Of a DNA stretch of 64,000 nt, positions 24,919-38,068 are shown one piece after another. How positions within the stretch are numbered: position 1 is the first letter of the stretch; each line of letters begins with the position of its first letter. The notes under the pieces were generated by a model. The model was not told the origin of the DNA, did no database searches, and worked only from the letters and a program-made list of their open reading frames with translations. The position numbers and the translations under genes are program-made. The DNA is from Calcarisporiella thermophila CBS 279.70 (taxonomy: Eukaryota; Fungi; Calcarisporiellomycota): NCBI RefSeq assembly GCF_041956535.1, contig NW_027192216.1:76274-140273 (forward strand), given 5' to 3'.

Positions 24919-25401
24919 CTACGGGGCCTCTCCCCTCGGGCGCATTTGGATGCTTGGAATGCGCGCGGACAAGCGGGACGACAAGTACCCGTCCAACGCT
25001 CGCTTCAGCTTCCAGACGGCGTGTGCATATAGCTTTCTGTCGTTCCTGACCCAGGTAGAGTGTGCTGGATAGGTGTCCCGAAGGCCCGCGCCTCTTCTCT
25101 CTATCCAAGCTAACAAGAATGAACTGGCTAGAATTACTTCCTGGGCGTGTTGCTGAAACTGGCTCATGTGCAATCGCTGCAGCAGGCTTCTCTGCTGGCA
25201 GCACTGGTGGTGATGGGGGTGCTTTTTCCTAAGCTGGTGGGCGAGTTGCTGTGGGAGTCACGGCCCTTGTCCGTCCTGGGAGTGCGTGGCTTGAATGGGG
25301 CGGCATGCTGCCTCGGCTCGACGGTGATCCTTTATGCGCTCGGAGTGCACTGAGTCGAGGTGGAGAGGCAGAGGGAGAGGAGCGATTGGAGCTGCCTGCA
25401 T
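24919..25401 (-). pseudogene. Hypothetical 161-codon frame interrupted by a single in-frame TGA (pseudogene or readthrough)
   Basis: AAAATG start at 25401; TGA at codon 48 (25258-25260); same frame stays open to TAG at 24919. Confidence 0.35.
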
Positions 25402-25557
25402 TTTTATTTTGGTTATATTAAATACACATTATATTGGATAGCTGTTGACAATTCTTTGTTCTATTACAAATAAACTGCGTTTGATGCAATAAATAATGAA
25501 ACAATCCATGCCGTGATAGCCCCGGCTCCTTCCACTCCTGCGTGAGAGGGGAACCCG

Positions 25558-27371
25558 CTATTGTTTTGCCGCGATTCTACGCGAGCTCCTCACGGTCCGC
25601 TGCTCTCTCTCCGCAACCACAGCCACCTTCTGGACCCTTTTCCCTCCAGGGCCTTCCTCGCTCAACATCGTCACCTTCCGCTTCTTTGTCTCTGCCCGTT
25701 GCCTTCGGCCCCGGTTCTCCGAATCCATCGACTTTCTCTTCTGGTTATCGTCGGAGTGGAGTTGTTTGTCTCTTGGCTTGACAATCCGATTCTCCTCTGC
25801 CACCTCAAACAGCCCGAACTTCTGGTAGAGTTGGAGGACGGCCTGCTCCTTGTCCTTGGCCTCGATCATCAGGTCCATGTCTGGCTGACAGGGGGGGAGC
25901 CCTTCCACCCGGTCCGAATGGGCCCGTCGCTCCATGACGGTTTGGGCGTTAGGGCGGGATTCAGAGTAGTGTTGCTTGGGTTTCAGCTTTTTTCGACTCC
26001 AGGTCTCGTTGATGTCTAGTGAGGGAAAGCATAGGGGGCGATGAGTTCGCGGGAAAGGATCCTCCGGCTTGTGAAAGAAAGTGGGTGAAAAAAAAATAGC
26101 GAGGGAAGGAAAAGGGGGGAGAGAGTGAGAAAAATAAACAGAGCGACCCATTCTGGATACCTGGAATGAGCGGTAGTATATCCTCGATCCCTCCCGTGTT
26201 CAGGGCATGGTGATGCCAGTCCAGCACTAGCGGGATTGAGAGTCGCTGGCACACGGGCAGGAGGTCCGCAACGGAATAACAAATCTCGTCATTCTCGATG
26301 ACGAGGCGTGCCTTGATATGGGGGGGAAGGCGCGAATAGTTTTGCTCGAAGCGCCGAATGGTGGCGGCCTTGTCTCCTAAGAGGGGGAGGGGGGAAGCAG
26401 CCAAGATGAGGCAGAGTGGCCATTAGGGGAATTGAATGCGGCCCTGTTTACCATAGACGCCTCCCATATGACTACAGGGAAGGGACGCGGTTAGAGGGAA
26501 TAGGTCCTTGCGGAACCGAGCGTCTGAGCAATCTTACATGATCATGATGGAGTCCGGGGGGAGTCCCATACGGTCCATCACCTCTGCGTGGTATTCAAGG
26601 TCTTTGATCGTCCGACGCACCACGTCCTCCTTGGGCGATCCGAGCTGGTTAAACTGGCCAGGGTGCATCGTCTACGATGACCCAAAGCATCCGGGAATAA
26701 ACCATCAGAAATGGGATTCAATGGGGATGCAAAGAGAGCTTACAAGGCGGTGCCCAAGTTGTTTTGCCAATGCGCCGACCTCGGCCAGTTCGCCGCTCGC
26801 ATATTCGAGCGAATAGCCATAGATGTCATGACTTGCGAAGGGGAACATCTCGCTGGACATGCGCATGAAGCGAATGTTGTTCTCTGTAAACAGTTAGCCC
26901 ATTAGAGACCGGCTTGAGAGCAAAGTAGCGATTAGCGAACCTTCATTCCACCGAATGATGGTGAGCATGTCCTTCACATTCTACAAAAAGAGAGAGAGAG
27001 CCAATGATTAGAGAGCCCCAGGGGATGCGGATGACAAGTGATGTTACTTGAAGCCCCAGACCTTTGACATAGTCCAGGCCCTTCTCCTTGATGGTGTCTA
27101 GTCCAAGAGCAATGGTTAAAAGAATCAGCCCATCATCAAGTCATGATCACGTAATGTGCCACACGTACCGATGCGACAGGTCCGTGAACAGAACACTGGC
27201 GGCTTGGCATTCCGCAGAAGGGTGTTAAGACATCTAGTGGAGAATGACGCCCATTCATTAGCAGGATGGGGAGGAGAGAGGGAAGTGAGAGAGAAAATCG
27301 GAAAAGCTGGCTTACGCATAACCGAGCCTGCCTGCAAACGGTTGGTGCTGCATCGTGTCTGGCATGCTCAT
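25558..27371 (-). CDS. UVE1: UV-damage endonuclease UVDE/Uve1, many short exons
   Basis: GRLGYACLN, FCSRTCRI, RMSSEMFPFASH, HPGQF, RLVIENDE, LVLDWHHH, KQHYSE, RAHSD, MIEAKDKEQA; TATA at ~27421-27428. Confidence 0.96.
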
Positions 27372-28275
27372 TGTGTGAAAACGGTAGCGGCCTCGGCTGA
27401 GCGAGAGGGCCGAGACGCCCTTTTATATGCCACCGAGTTCGACCCGATCGATCAGCGATGCCTTGATCGTCGGACTTTGAAACGCGAGCTGTCAAAGCTC
27501 GGGAACCTATTCCGGGAAAGGGGGGGGGAGGGAGGCTTATGCTCCACGAGCTTGCCCTCGCTCCTGAAGCCTCAACGGCCCTCCAGCTAGAGCGCCGGAA
27601 CCGTGTGTCTCGGGACAACTCGGGAGCGAGACGCCCGGTATCGGAGGCGACCATGACAAACAGAGAAAAGGCATTGAGAGTTGCCAAAAGTTAATGAGCA
27701 TATTAATTTATGCATCTATTAAGGTGAGGATAAGGGGATCAATATTGGAATTAGGTTAGTTGCGCTGTGTTACCACGATCCCGCCCTCCATTAATTAATT
27801 AATGCCAGGCATAGGGCTTGGCCCTTGCCCCCTGCCGGCTTCCTCGCCTCCCCCGCTACGCCGCGCTTGCCCTATGCGCAGCCGCCGTCCTCAAAGGCGC
27901 CAGATTGCTTGGCGGGGCTCCTTTGTTTTGTCTTGCCACCCGGCGGTGCGCGCGTCCCTTGGTTGCCTTGTTTGGAAGCAAGCTGCTGGCTCGCAGGGCA
28001 CGTCCGCGAGTAGCAAGCCGCAATGCACTTCATCGGCCGCCTGCTTCCTCTTTCCCAGCGCAGTTAGGATTTCGACTCACAGCCGAGGGCGTCCGCCTAG
28101 CAGGCTTTGCGAATAATTAGAGCAGCTCGTGGAGTCGCATAGGATGTGCATTCCGGGGGCCCCCTCTTGTATTTATACGGCTGCCCTCGCTGTCCTCCCG
28201 CCCTCCCCCCCCCAGCCTATCTCCCCATCTGCCTATAGATATCTCGGGATACGCGGGGTGCTTGCCTATGTATGG

Positions 28276-28572
28276 ATGCCGCAGTATAACAGTGGTAATT
28301 GCGGCAAGACAATGACGAAGCCATCAAGGTCATCGCTCGCTATGCTAATCCACGATCTGCTCTTCCTCTTCTCCTCCCCCCACTTTTGCCCATGGTCCGG
28401 CGTCGCAGCCCCGCCGCCGCCAAAGGAGCTCGACAGCTCTGCTCCGAGCGGCGCGCCCTGCGCCCTGCACAGCGAGACCTACCTCAGCTTCCCTCCCTTT
28501 GAGGATTTCGGCCCCCCCGATGTGTCGTTACAAATGGAGACGTATGATTTCATCGCCATTTCGGTTGCTTAA
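28276..28572 (+). CDS. Small hypothetical protein (~98 aa) with YLSFPPFEDF motif
   Basis: Single exon, GC-rich codons, TATA-like TTTATA at ~28171-28177; start codon uncertain; function unknown. Confidence 0.5.
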   Translation: MPQYNSGNCGKTMTKPSRSSLAMLIHDLLFLFSSPHFCPWSGVAAPPPPKELDSSAPSGAPCALHSETYLSFPPFEDFGPPDVSLQMETYDFIAISVA

Positions 28573-28771
28573 AAAGGCATGCCATGTTGATTAGCCCTTA
28601 GTTTATTAGTTGTATATGTATAATTGTATGGCGCTATCCTAGATATATCTACCCCTTCCCCCCTTTTGTCCAGTGGGCCACTCCCCCTCACCGGCTCTCT
28701 TATCGCATCATTTTTCATTTATTTTTCTTCGCTGTTTTATGCAAAAATACATATAGTTTAAATAGTATGTG

Positions 28772-28793
28772 TATATATATATATATATATATA
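28772..28793. repeat. (TA)n microsatellite
   Basis: About 11 TA units. Confidence 0.9.
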
Positions 28794-28849
28794 CACCCGT
28801 TCCCAAGTCTAATTACGCAAAATAAAATACGGCATGACGATCAGTCGGC

Positions 28850-30577
<1,728 letters not shown>

Positions 30578-31159
30578 TGCTTTGCAGGTTTAAGGTTGAA
30601 ATTGGGGAGGAAAAAAAAAGCACGCTATAAGCTTTACACTTAATTTTGTTATCCTAAATTTTATTTTCATTCGAAGACCTCCATGCCTTGGCTATCAAGT
30701 CAGAGGGGCAGTCACGGACTCGCTTGAGCCCCTCCCGGCTGGAAGGAGGGGACGGGCGGGGAGCGGAGGGGCGGGGGAGGGGGCTGTCAGGTGCAGCGGG
30801 CTGCGTCTGTCAAATCCCCCGCCGCTGGTGTTTGCGCCCTCCCCGCGCGGCCTGCGCTGCGCCTGTTCTTGGAATTCTTGCTCTTATTCCCCTCCAAGGT
30901 TTGACCGCAGACATTTGCATGCCCCGTCGAGAAAATGAGAGGCAAATATGTGCGCGTGAAAGCCACCACGCCCAAATTAAGCAAGGATGAGAGCTATGAA
31001 AAAAAAAGTAAAAATGTGAAATTAAGAACTGAGGAGAAACAATGGCCCCTCCCCTCCCCTCGCCTCTCCCCCCCCCCTCCTCCTCCTGCTATTTAATATT
31101 TCCTTTCCCTTCTTTTTTCCCATGAGGATCTCTTTTCAGTTCTAATCGCTTTTTCCCTC

Positions 31160-32251
31160 ATGGCGCAAAGATATCAGCAGTCTGCCCTGGCCGTCGACTA
31201 CCTGACCTACCGGTGGACGCCCGAGGAGGTGCATCACTGCTATAGGGGCGTGTCGCGCGAGCTGGCCAAGAATGCTAGGGAATCGGTGGTGGAGACCCAT
31301 AAGCTCGAGCGATTGCAGAATGCTGCTTGGCGGCAATATGCAAGACTTTTCAAACAGCTGGGCGGCGACAATGCACTCGTGCACCCTGAGCTTCTGAACT
31401 GGTAAGTGCCCTGAGCTGCATCGAGGGATGCGGCATTCGGCCTGCATCCCTTCCTCCCTCCCTCTCCGCATCCCCTCTGCGCAGATGCGCTAACTTGCCC
31501 CTCATGCCAATGCTCCCTTAGGCAAAAGGATTACGACATCACATGGCTGCATGGACGCTATTACGAACCCCCCTCCGCGATCCATGCCCTCACCATCGAT
31601 GACGACCTGACCCTCCCCTCCTCCCCCGCCGCCGCGCTCTCCACCTCCTCGTCCACCTCCTCCTCCGCCACCTCCGCTGCTTCCCCCACCAGTATTCCCA
31701 GCCCGGTGTCCCCGCCCTCCCACTGTCACTGCACAAATCCAAAGAGCGGCGCGCTGAAGCCGGTGTTGAAGCACTCGGCGGGGATTGCGCCTTGGCAGCA
31801 GAAGTGCGGGGCGGCTAAGAAGAGCCTGCGCTTCGACCCCGAGATCAAACGGGTGGAGTATGGGCCCGGATCGCCGATTGTCCGGGGGCTAGAGAGGAGC
31901 GAGAGCAAGGAGATGGAGCTTGAGGCAATAGACGTGGACGTAGAGATGGAGACCACCGGAGGCATGGCGGGATTGTTTGGGATGGAGGACGAGGACTCCT
32001 TCGAGGGCCCCTCCGTAGAAGAGGTGAAGAACTTCATGCTGGAGCTTCCCCGGAGTAGATTCTTCTCCAGCCATCTTGGCGAAGATCGGACAAAAAAGCC
32101 CTTTGGGCAGCCGACGCAGCTACAGCACCGGCATCGACCCCCACCGCAACCAGCTGCCTCTTTGCTGGACAGAGCTGTTGGGTTGGCGGCAAACGTGCGC
32201 GATGTCATGACGTGGTGCAGCGCAGTAGTGGCCTACAGCAATGTGTTTTGA
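31160..32251 (+). CDS. Reg1/DUF1752-like protein (putative PP1 regulatory subunit)
   Basis: VDYLTYRW, RLQNAAWRQ, VHPELLNWQKDYDITWLHG, LKPVLK and an RVxF-like KSLRF; one intron. Confidence 0.8.
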
Positions 32252-33064
32252 TTGTTTTTCTTTTTTTTTCCCTTCTGCGTTTGCAAATATCAGGCTCCTT
32301 TTTTTTGCCACTTGACTTGATGTGTTTTATTTTCTATATTCAGATAGGAGAGAGAGAGGTTGGGGGGGAATGTTCCCATGCCGTGTATAATTTTCTTGTT
32401 TAAAGCCTTCTCTCTTCTAATATGCCCTATTGTGTTGTTTTCTCTTCTCTCCCCCTTTTCTTCTTACCTTCATCGTCGTCGAACGTATTCCCGTTCTCTC
32501 GCATATCCTCGCTCTCCCCGCACCCTGCTCTCTCCTCCCAAGCCCTCCTTGTTTGCTTGCTCTTCAACAGATTCTGTGTTTATATGTTTTCTTATTTTGT
32601 TGTGTATATATCTAAAATATCATTTATGAACCTCATCACATGGAATAAATAAAAAAAAATAGGGGAAAACAGCCTAGGTCTGTTGGACATCCAAATTAGA
32701 GTGTGTAAGTGAACCGTGCTCGCTTGCATGATCCCCTCCCCCTCCTCCTTCAAACCTTAAGCGAAGGCGCTGGTTGGAGGTCCCTCCTTGTTCTCCTTAT
32801 TTTCTACGCATTCTGCATTGGCCTCTGCATGCGCAATCACACGGGTCAACCTCCCTTGAGCGGAGCTTTGGATCCGTTCCCTTAGAGGCGGACCGTATTT
32901 GCAGCCGGTTCCAGGCCCCAGAAGGCTCGCCTGACATCGATTCTATACATATTGCTTTTATTCACAAGGCAGTAAGCTTCATACAATGCGAGGAAGAAGG
33001 GAAAGCACAAATGGGCTATGAACAAATAAACAGAGTGTGGCGAAGAGGATGGCGGCGAGGGTGT

Positions 33065-33613
33065 TTACTGCTTGAGCTTCTGCTGTGTATCATGCATGGC
33101 CTTCTTTCCTTTCTCCAGGACCTCCTTGGCCCGCTCTTGGACCTGTTCCACCACCCTTTGGGCACTTTCGGTGGCAGTCTCGAGTGCACTCTTGGCCTTG
33201 CCGCCCATGCGCTCGGCCTGATCCTGGGCCTCGGCTGCTCTCTGCTGCGCGCGCTGCTTGCCCTGTTCCACGGTTTGTTGCGCACGTCTCTTTGCCTCTT
33301 CGCCCATGTGCTCGGCCCTGTCGCTGGCCTCAGCCGTTTTCTGCCGTGCTTGCTGTTTGCCATGCTCCATGGTTTCGTGAGCGCGTCTTGCGGTTTCTTC
33401 CGCAGAGCGCCTGGACGACTCAGCAGGTTGTCTCATGTTTTGGTGGACCTATCATAGGTTGTGGGTTTAGACCAGGAAACGAGCACGAGGGGGGGGGGGG
33501 AGGAGGAAGAAGAGGGAGAGGGGCGAGGCTATGCTTACCACGGCATTCTTCGAAAAAGAGCGGCTGGGCTGAAAGGTGCGAGTGATGCCTAGAAGCTGAC
33601 GATAGCGTTGCAT
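33065..33613 (-). CDS. LEA-like hydrophilin with N-terminal mitochondrial-type presequence, 152 aa, 2 exons
   Basis: Exon 1 33613-33539 (MQRYRQLLGITRTFQPSRSFSKNAV), intron 33538-33449, exon 2 with A/E/Q/K/R-rich 33-aa repeats. Confidence 0.8.
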
Positions 33614-34451
33614 GTTGATACAGGAAAGGGAAAAGTATTTTCACAATGAGAACAGAATGCAAATTCAAAGGGGAAATGAGTGTAGACCCGAACGCATTAT
33701 ATATAGGCTTTTTACGCCATTGATATTCTCCGAAATAGGGAATTTACTTCGATTTGGGAAGTGAGGAGAAAGGGGCTCTTCGGAGTTCAACAAGAAACTC
33801 GATGCCGCGATGCTACCACGGCTTTTGCCAGTTTTTCGCCCACACTCCCCGTTCCCCACAGTGAAGCTCATCTCGGCAGATCCCCGCCATGGACTTCTTT
33901 AGCCGATGTCAACGCTTGAACACGCTTGCACTCGATGCTCTGTGCGCGTAGAAATCAAATAATGCGCCTAGAAATGACTTTCGGCCCTCTACTCTCGCGA
34001 ATGACGCTATAAGCGATAGGAGGGACGCCTACTCCGAACGCATTTTAGCCTAGAAATTGCGACTTGCGCCGTAATATAGAGCATACACTCGCCGTTTTCC
34101 AAGGACAAGAGAGGCTTTTTTGGAGCACATAGCCTCTCAGGGGTCGTATCCGGGATTCAAATCTTCCCTTTAGCAGTTTTACAGTCCACTTGTCAGTTTA
34201 GGGAGAGTAATAAAAAGGAATGATAGTTCGCGATTTTCCTTATGAGTGCTCTATCCCGAGAGGATGGGATGGAAGCTTTGTATTTCCTCCTTCGATTGGA
34301 TCCTTATCGACCCCCTCTAGATCAAGAAGATACATAAAGACAGTAAAGCGATTTGTGGCACAGCACCCAAACAGTTTCAATTTTCATTCTATCAACGCGA
34401 ACACGCGAAGGTGGAGAGAAGTGTGTATATTAAATTCGCTAGGCGAACACC

Positions 34452-37400
34452 ATGACAGATCGACATCAGAAACGCAAGCATGAAACGGACGAACAGGCAG
34501 AAAGAAAGAGACAAAAGCAGGAGAAGGCGGTAAATCGGGGCTTATTGATGTGGATTGGCGATGAAGAACTCTCCTTTAATGATCGATCTCTCTTTAACCA
34601 CAGAAGGCAGCTGATCTGCAGAACGATTGCAAAACTTTGCTGAAGGAAGTAAAATCGACCAAAGATAAAGAGTAAGTTGAAGCTGTATTTTCTCGTTCTT
34701 GGAGGATTTCCTCAGCTAGATGCGGTGCTTGATCTATTCCAGGGGCCGCAATCTTAGCTTGATATTTCAACAGTTGCCGTCCAGGAAGGATTATCCAGAC
34801 TACTACGAAATAATCAAACGTCCAATAGCGCTGAGCACTATCAAGGTAAGCTGAGAAATCCACCGTGTCATTTTCTGTTATTTGCGATTTAAACTTTGCA
34901 TGCTTTATAGACCAAGATGCAAAATCAAGAATACTCGAGCCTCGACGAGGTTAAAGCCGATTTCGACTTGATGTTCGATAATGCTATGACATACAACCGG
35001 TCTGATTCGCTCGTATACAAGGATGCCCAAAAACTAAAGGTGAATAGCTTTCTGAATATCTTTCTCTCCCCCGCTCCCCTCCCCTTCATTATGGCACGGG
35101 TTAACGGAATGGTGGCCTTCTGGTAGAAATATGTCGGCAAACGAGTTTCTGAGCTTTTGGCCGCAGCCTCCGCAGCACCATCGGGAGAAACAGCATCAGA
35201 GACACTAGCAAAACATGGGGATGCCGCCGAGGCGGCCCAAGACTCAAATCCTGCCCTTGCCAAGGACCTGAAGATCCGCATCAAAACTACACCGGTCAAA
35301 AAGAGAATACCAAAATCAGGTAATTTTGCTTTATGCTCATACGCTTTTCCCCATGTCCCCCATCCCTTATCCGGTCTCTTCTACCGCTTCATCCAGAAAT
35401 CTCCGAGTTATTTGATGCGATCGAACGCAAAGACATCAAACAGATACGCACGTTTATTCAAACGCACGCGGACGCATTCGACCCCAATATGCTTTGGGAG
35501 AATGAGATGTTTGGCGAAAAATTCACATGGGCCCCCTTGCACTGTGCTGCGTACTCGGGAAGTGTTCGAGTCGTTAAGTTGTTGATGGAAGCCGGGGCAG
35601 AGGTGGATATAAGAGATACATGGTACGGGGGGACGCCGCTTGCATGGGCTGCTTTTGGAGGTAACCGAGCACAGTGGACTTTTGCACGTAGCCCACCCTC
35701 GTCTCACCTCCCTTTTGCATTAGGGCATCCGGATACCGCCAAGGTGTTAATCGAGAACTTTGGCGCCGATTTGTCCCTGACCAACCAGCACGGTCAACGG
35801 CCAGTGGATTTACTGTCAGACCCAGAGTCGACTCGGTGGGTCGGCATATTGACCATGGTAAATTCTCTTCGTTTTCGGACCCTTTTTTTTGGAAAATATA
35901 CCTATTGCCTTACGAAATGTCAACTTGGATCGTTTTGTTTCCTTAGATGAAGGGAGGTGAGAAAAAGCCGGTGCCAATCGTGGAGTCCAAGAAACGCGAG
36001 GTGCAAACCCCGAGAAAGCATTCCACACCGCCTCCCGCCTTGCCACCCACTCCTCCAGTTCCCCCAAAGGAGAAGGATATTAACGACATCATGCGCGAGC
36101 TTTGGAAAGCGGTGGTTGACCACAAACACTCCAGGTAATGGGTCGCCTCCTTATTTCCCAATTTGTTGCAATCCACAAGCCTAACACGGCGTGCTGAAAT
36201 CTTTTTTTTTTTTGGTTATGAAAAGTGGGCGAAAGTATTCGGCTGAATTTATGGATTTGCCGGATCGTCGAGAATACCCATTGTACTATCAGCTTATTCA
36301 AGCACCTATATCGCTCAATAACATAGATGTGAGTGGGGCAATTTTATATTTTTTTGTTCTCCTTTCTGTTCTCCATTCTTATTTGGAACCTATTTCTGTC
36401 GTCCTAGAAACACCTTCGCAAAGGATACAAGAACTTCGATGATTTCGATCGCGACATGGAGCGGTTATTTAACAACGCCAAATTTTTCAATGAAGATGGC
36501 TCACAAATATATAAGGACGCAGTCTTACTACAAGTGAGTATGGCAGGTGCGTCATGGATGACGTCGGCGACTGACCCCCCTTTCCTCTTTCGTGCCATTC
36601 TAGAACCTATACGAGAAAACCAAACGAAAGTTATTAAGCGAAAAAGAGAAGGCATCGGCCGCTGCTGCCGCAGCTGCAACGGCAGCGGCAGCGGCATCAG
36701 CTTCCTCGACCACCACCCCCGTTAAAGCATCCAAACGGCTCGCCGACAAGTCTAAAACGCCCGAAGCGGACCTCGCCATGCAAAAGTCCGTCAAGACCCC
36801 GGATGCCCGTACTGGTGACAACGAAAAGGTGACCCAAGGGTCCGGCGTCAAGCTGAAGCTTTCGTTGAAGGGCGCAAAACACAACGAGGCCGCTCCCACC
36901 GCCAACGAACAGCGCAAGGAATCGGTCAAGATTACAATCAAACCGACGGCACCCCCATCCGAGGCCCCAAGACCTGCCCCCACGGCCCCCGAGACAGGCG
37001 CTGCTGTCCAACGCGATAGAATGGAGGCGGACAAAGTGATGGGGGTAGGGGACCGCATGGACGAGGAGGACGAGGAAATCGTGGTCGACGAAACGCCGGC
37101 ACGAACTGCGCAACCCTATTCGTTGGCTCCTTCTGCGGGCGCGAATGCGTACCGAACGGCGGACGAGTCACAGGATGCAGAGAGCGCAAGGAGACTGAAA
37201 TCTCTTCGATTTGCCCCCTCCCATCCGGGCAAAGTGTCCATTCCTCCAAGGTCGCAGCCGCGACAACCCCCCTTGGAGCAGCAACCCACCCTCGCTACGG
37301 CGGCAGCGGCCGATCCATCGAAACAGGGCGCCCCGCTGCTCCAGTGGATTGCCATCGAGTCCAATGATCGCTCCTTTGTGATGTCGCTGGACACTTCGCA

Positions 37401-37764
37401 CCTGTCGCACTGTGTCTTCGTCAGCTCCGGAGTTCAAAGCATGAGCATCATCCCACTGCTGGCGAGCCGGCTCATGAGCATTCGCGAAAAGGTGGCCATG
37501 ACGGTGGTTCAGGATGGAAAACGGGTCACTCCCGCCAATGTCGTGGCGCTGCCCGCGGCCCCCCAGGTGACCCACCAGGTGTACATGTTCTCGCTCGCCG
37601 AGGGCCTCAACTCGATCGAGATATGGGTGAGTGCCCAACTTGGGACCGGCGAGCCGGCCAGAAGCGGGGTGAGGTATATGTCGGGGGGTAGCGCCGCGTC
37701 CGCTCTGCCGCAGTATCCGGGGCTAGTCACGCAGCAGTTTTACCTTTTCATTATGAAAGGATAA
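34452..37764 (+). CDS. Rsc4/polybromo-like protein: bromodomain, ankyrin repeats, bromodomain, C-terminal beta-rich domain
   Basis: BD1 (LPSRKDYPDYYEIIKRPI..MFDNAMTYN), ANK (WAPLHCAAY..GTPLAWAAFGGH..GQRPVDL), BD2 (LPDRREYPLYYQLIQAPI..LFNNAKFFN), tail YMFSLAEGLNSIEIWV. Confidence 0.85.
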
Positions 37765-38068
37765 CTCGCCAGTTTCTTTTTGGTTAGGTTTACTTTGTTT
37801 AATTGTTGCACCATTCATCTCTTCTTATTTTTTTTCCTCCCTCTCTCCCTCTTCCCCTTTTCCTATGTTTATTAAAATAATTTGCGCTTGATTTTTTTTT
37901 CTATTTTTTTTTTTGTTCGCTGATTTTCTCTTTTTTCTTCTTTGGCTTTTCGTTTCCTATTGTAAAAGTTTATTTCCAGTAATTAAAGAATTTGCACAGT
38001 CACGCCCTCCAAAGAAAAATTCGTCACTTACAACCTTGCTGATTCTCCTGCGACCACCCCGATTCTTA

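Noticed and set aside
25255-25263. CCG-TGA as an antizyme +1 frameshift site, or UGA as selenocysteine
   Set aside because: The +1 frame stops after about 31 codons and has no antizyme motifs; there is no redox-type motif around the UGA, and the downstream ATGA..AA..GA segment does not pair into a SECIS stem.
27372-27687. Upstream ORF as a possible N-terminal extension of Uve1
   Set aside because: Not in frame with the GRLGYA exon, and a TATA box lies just upstream of the 27371 ATG.
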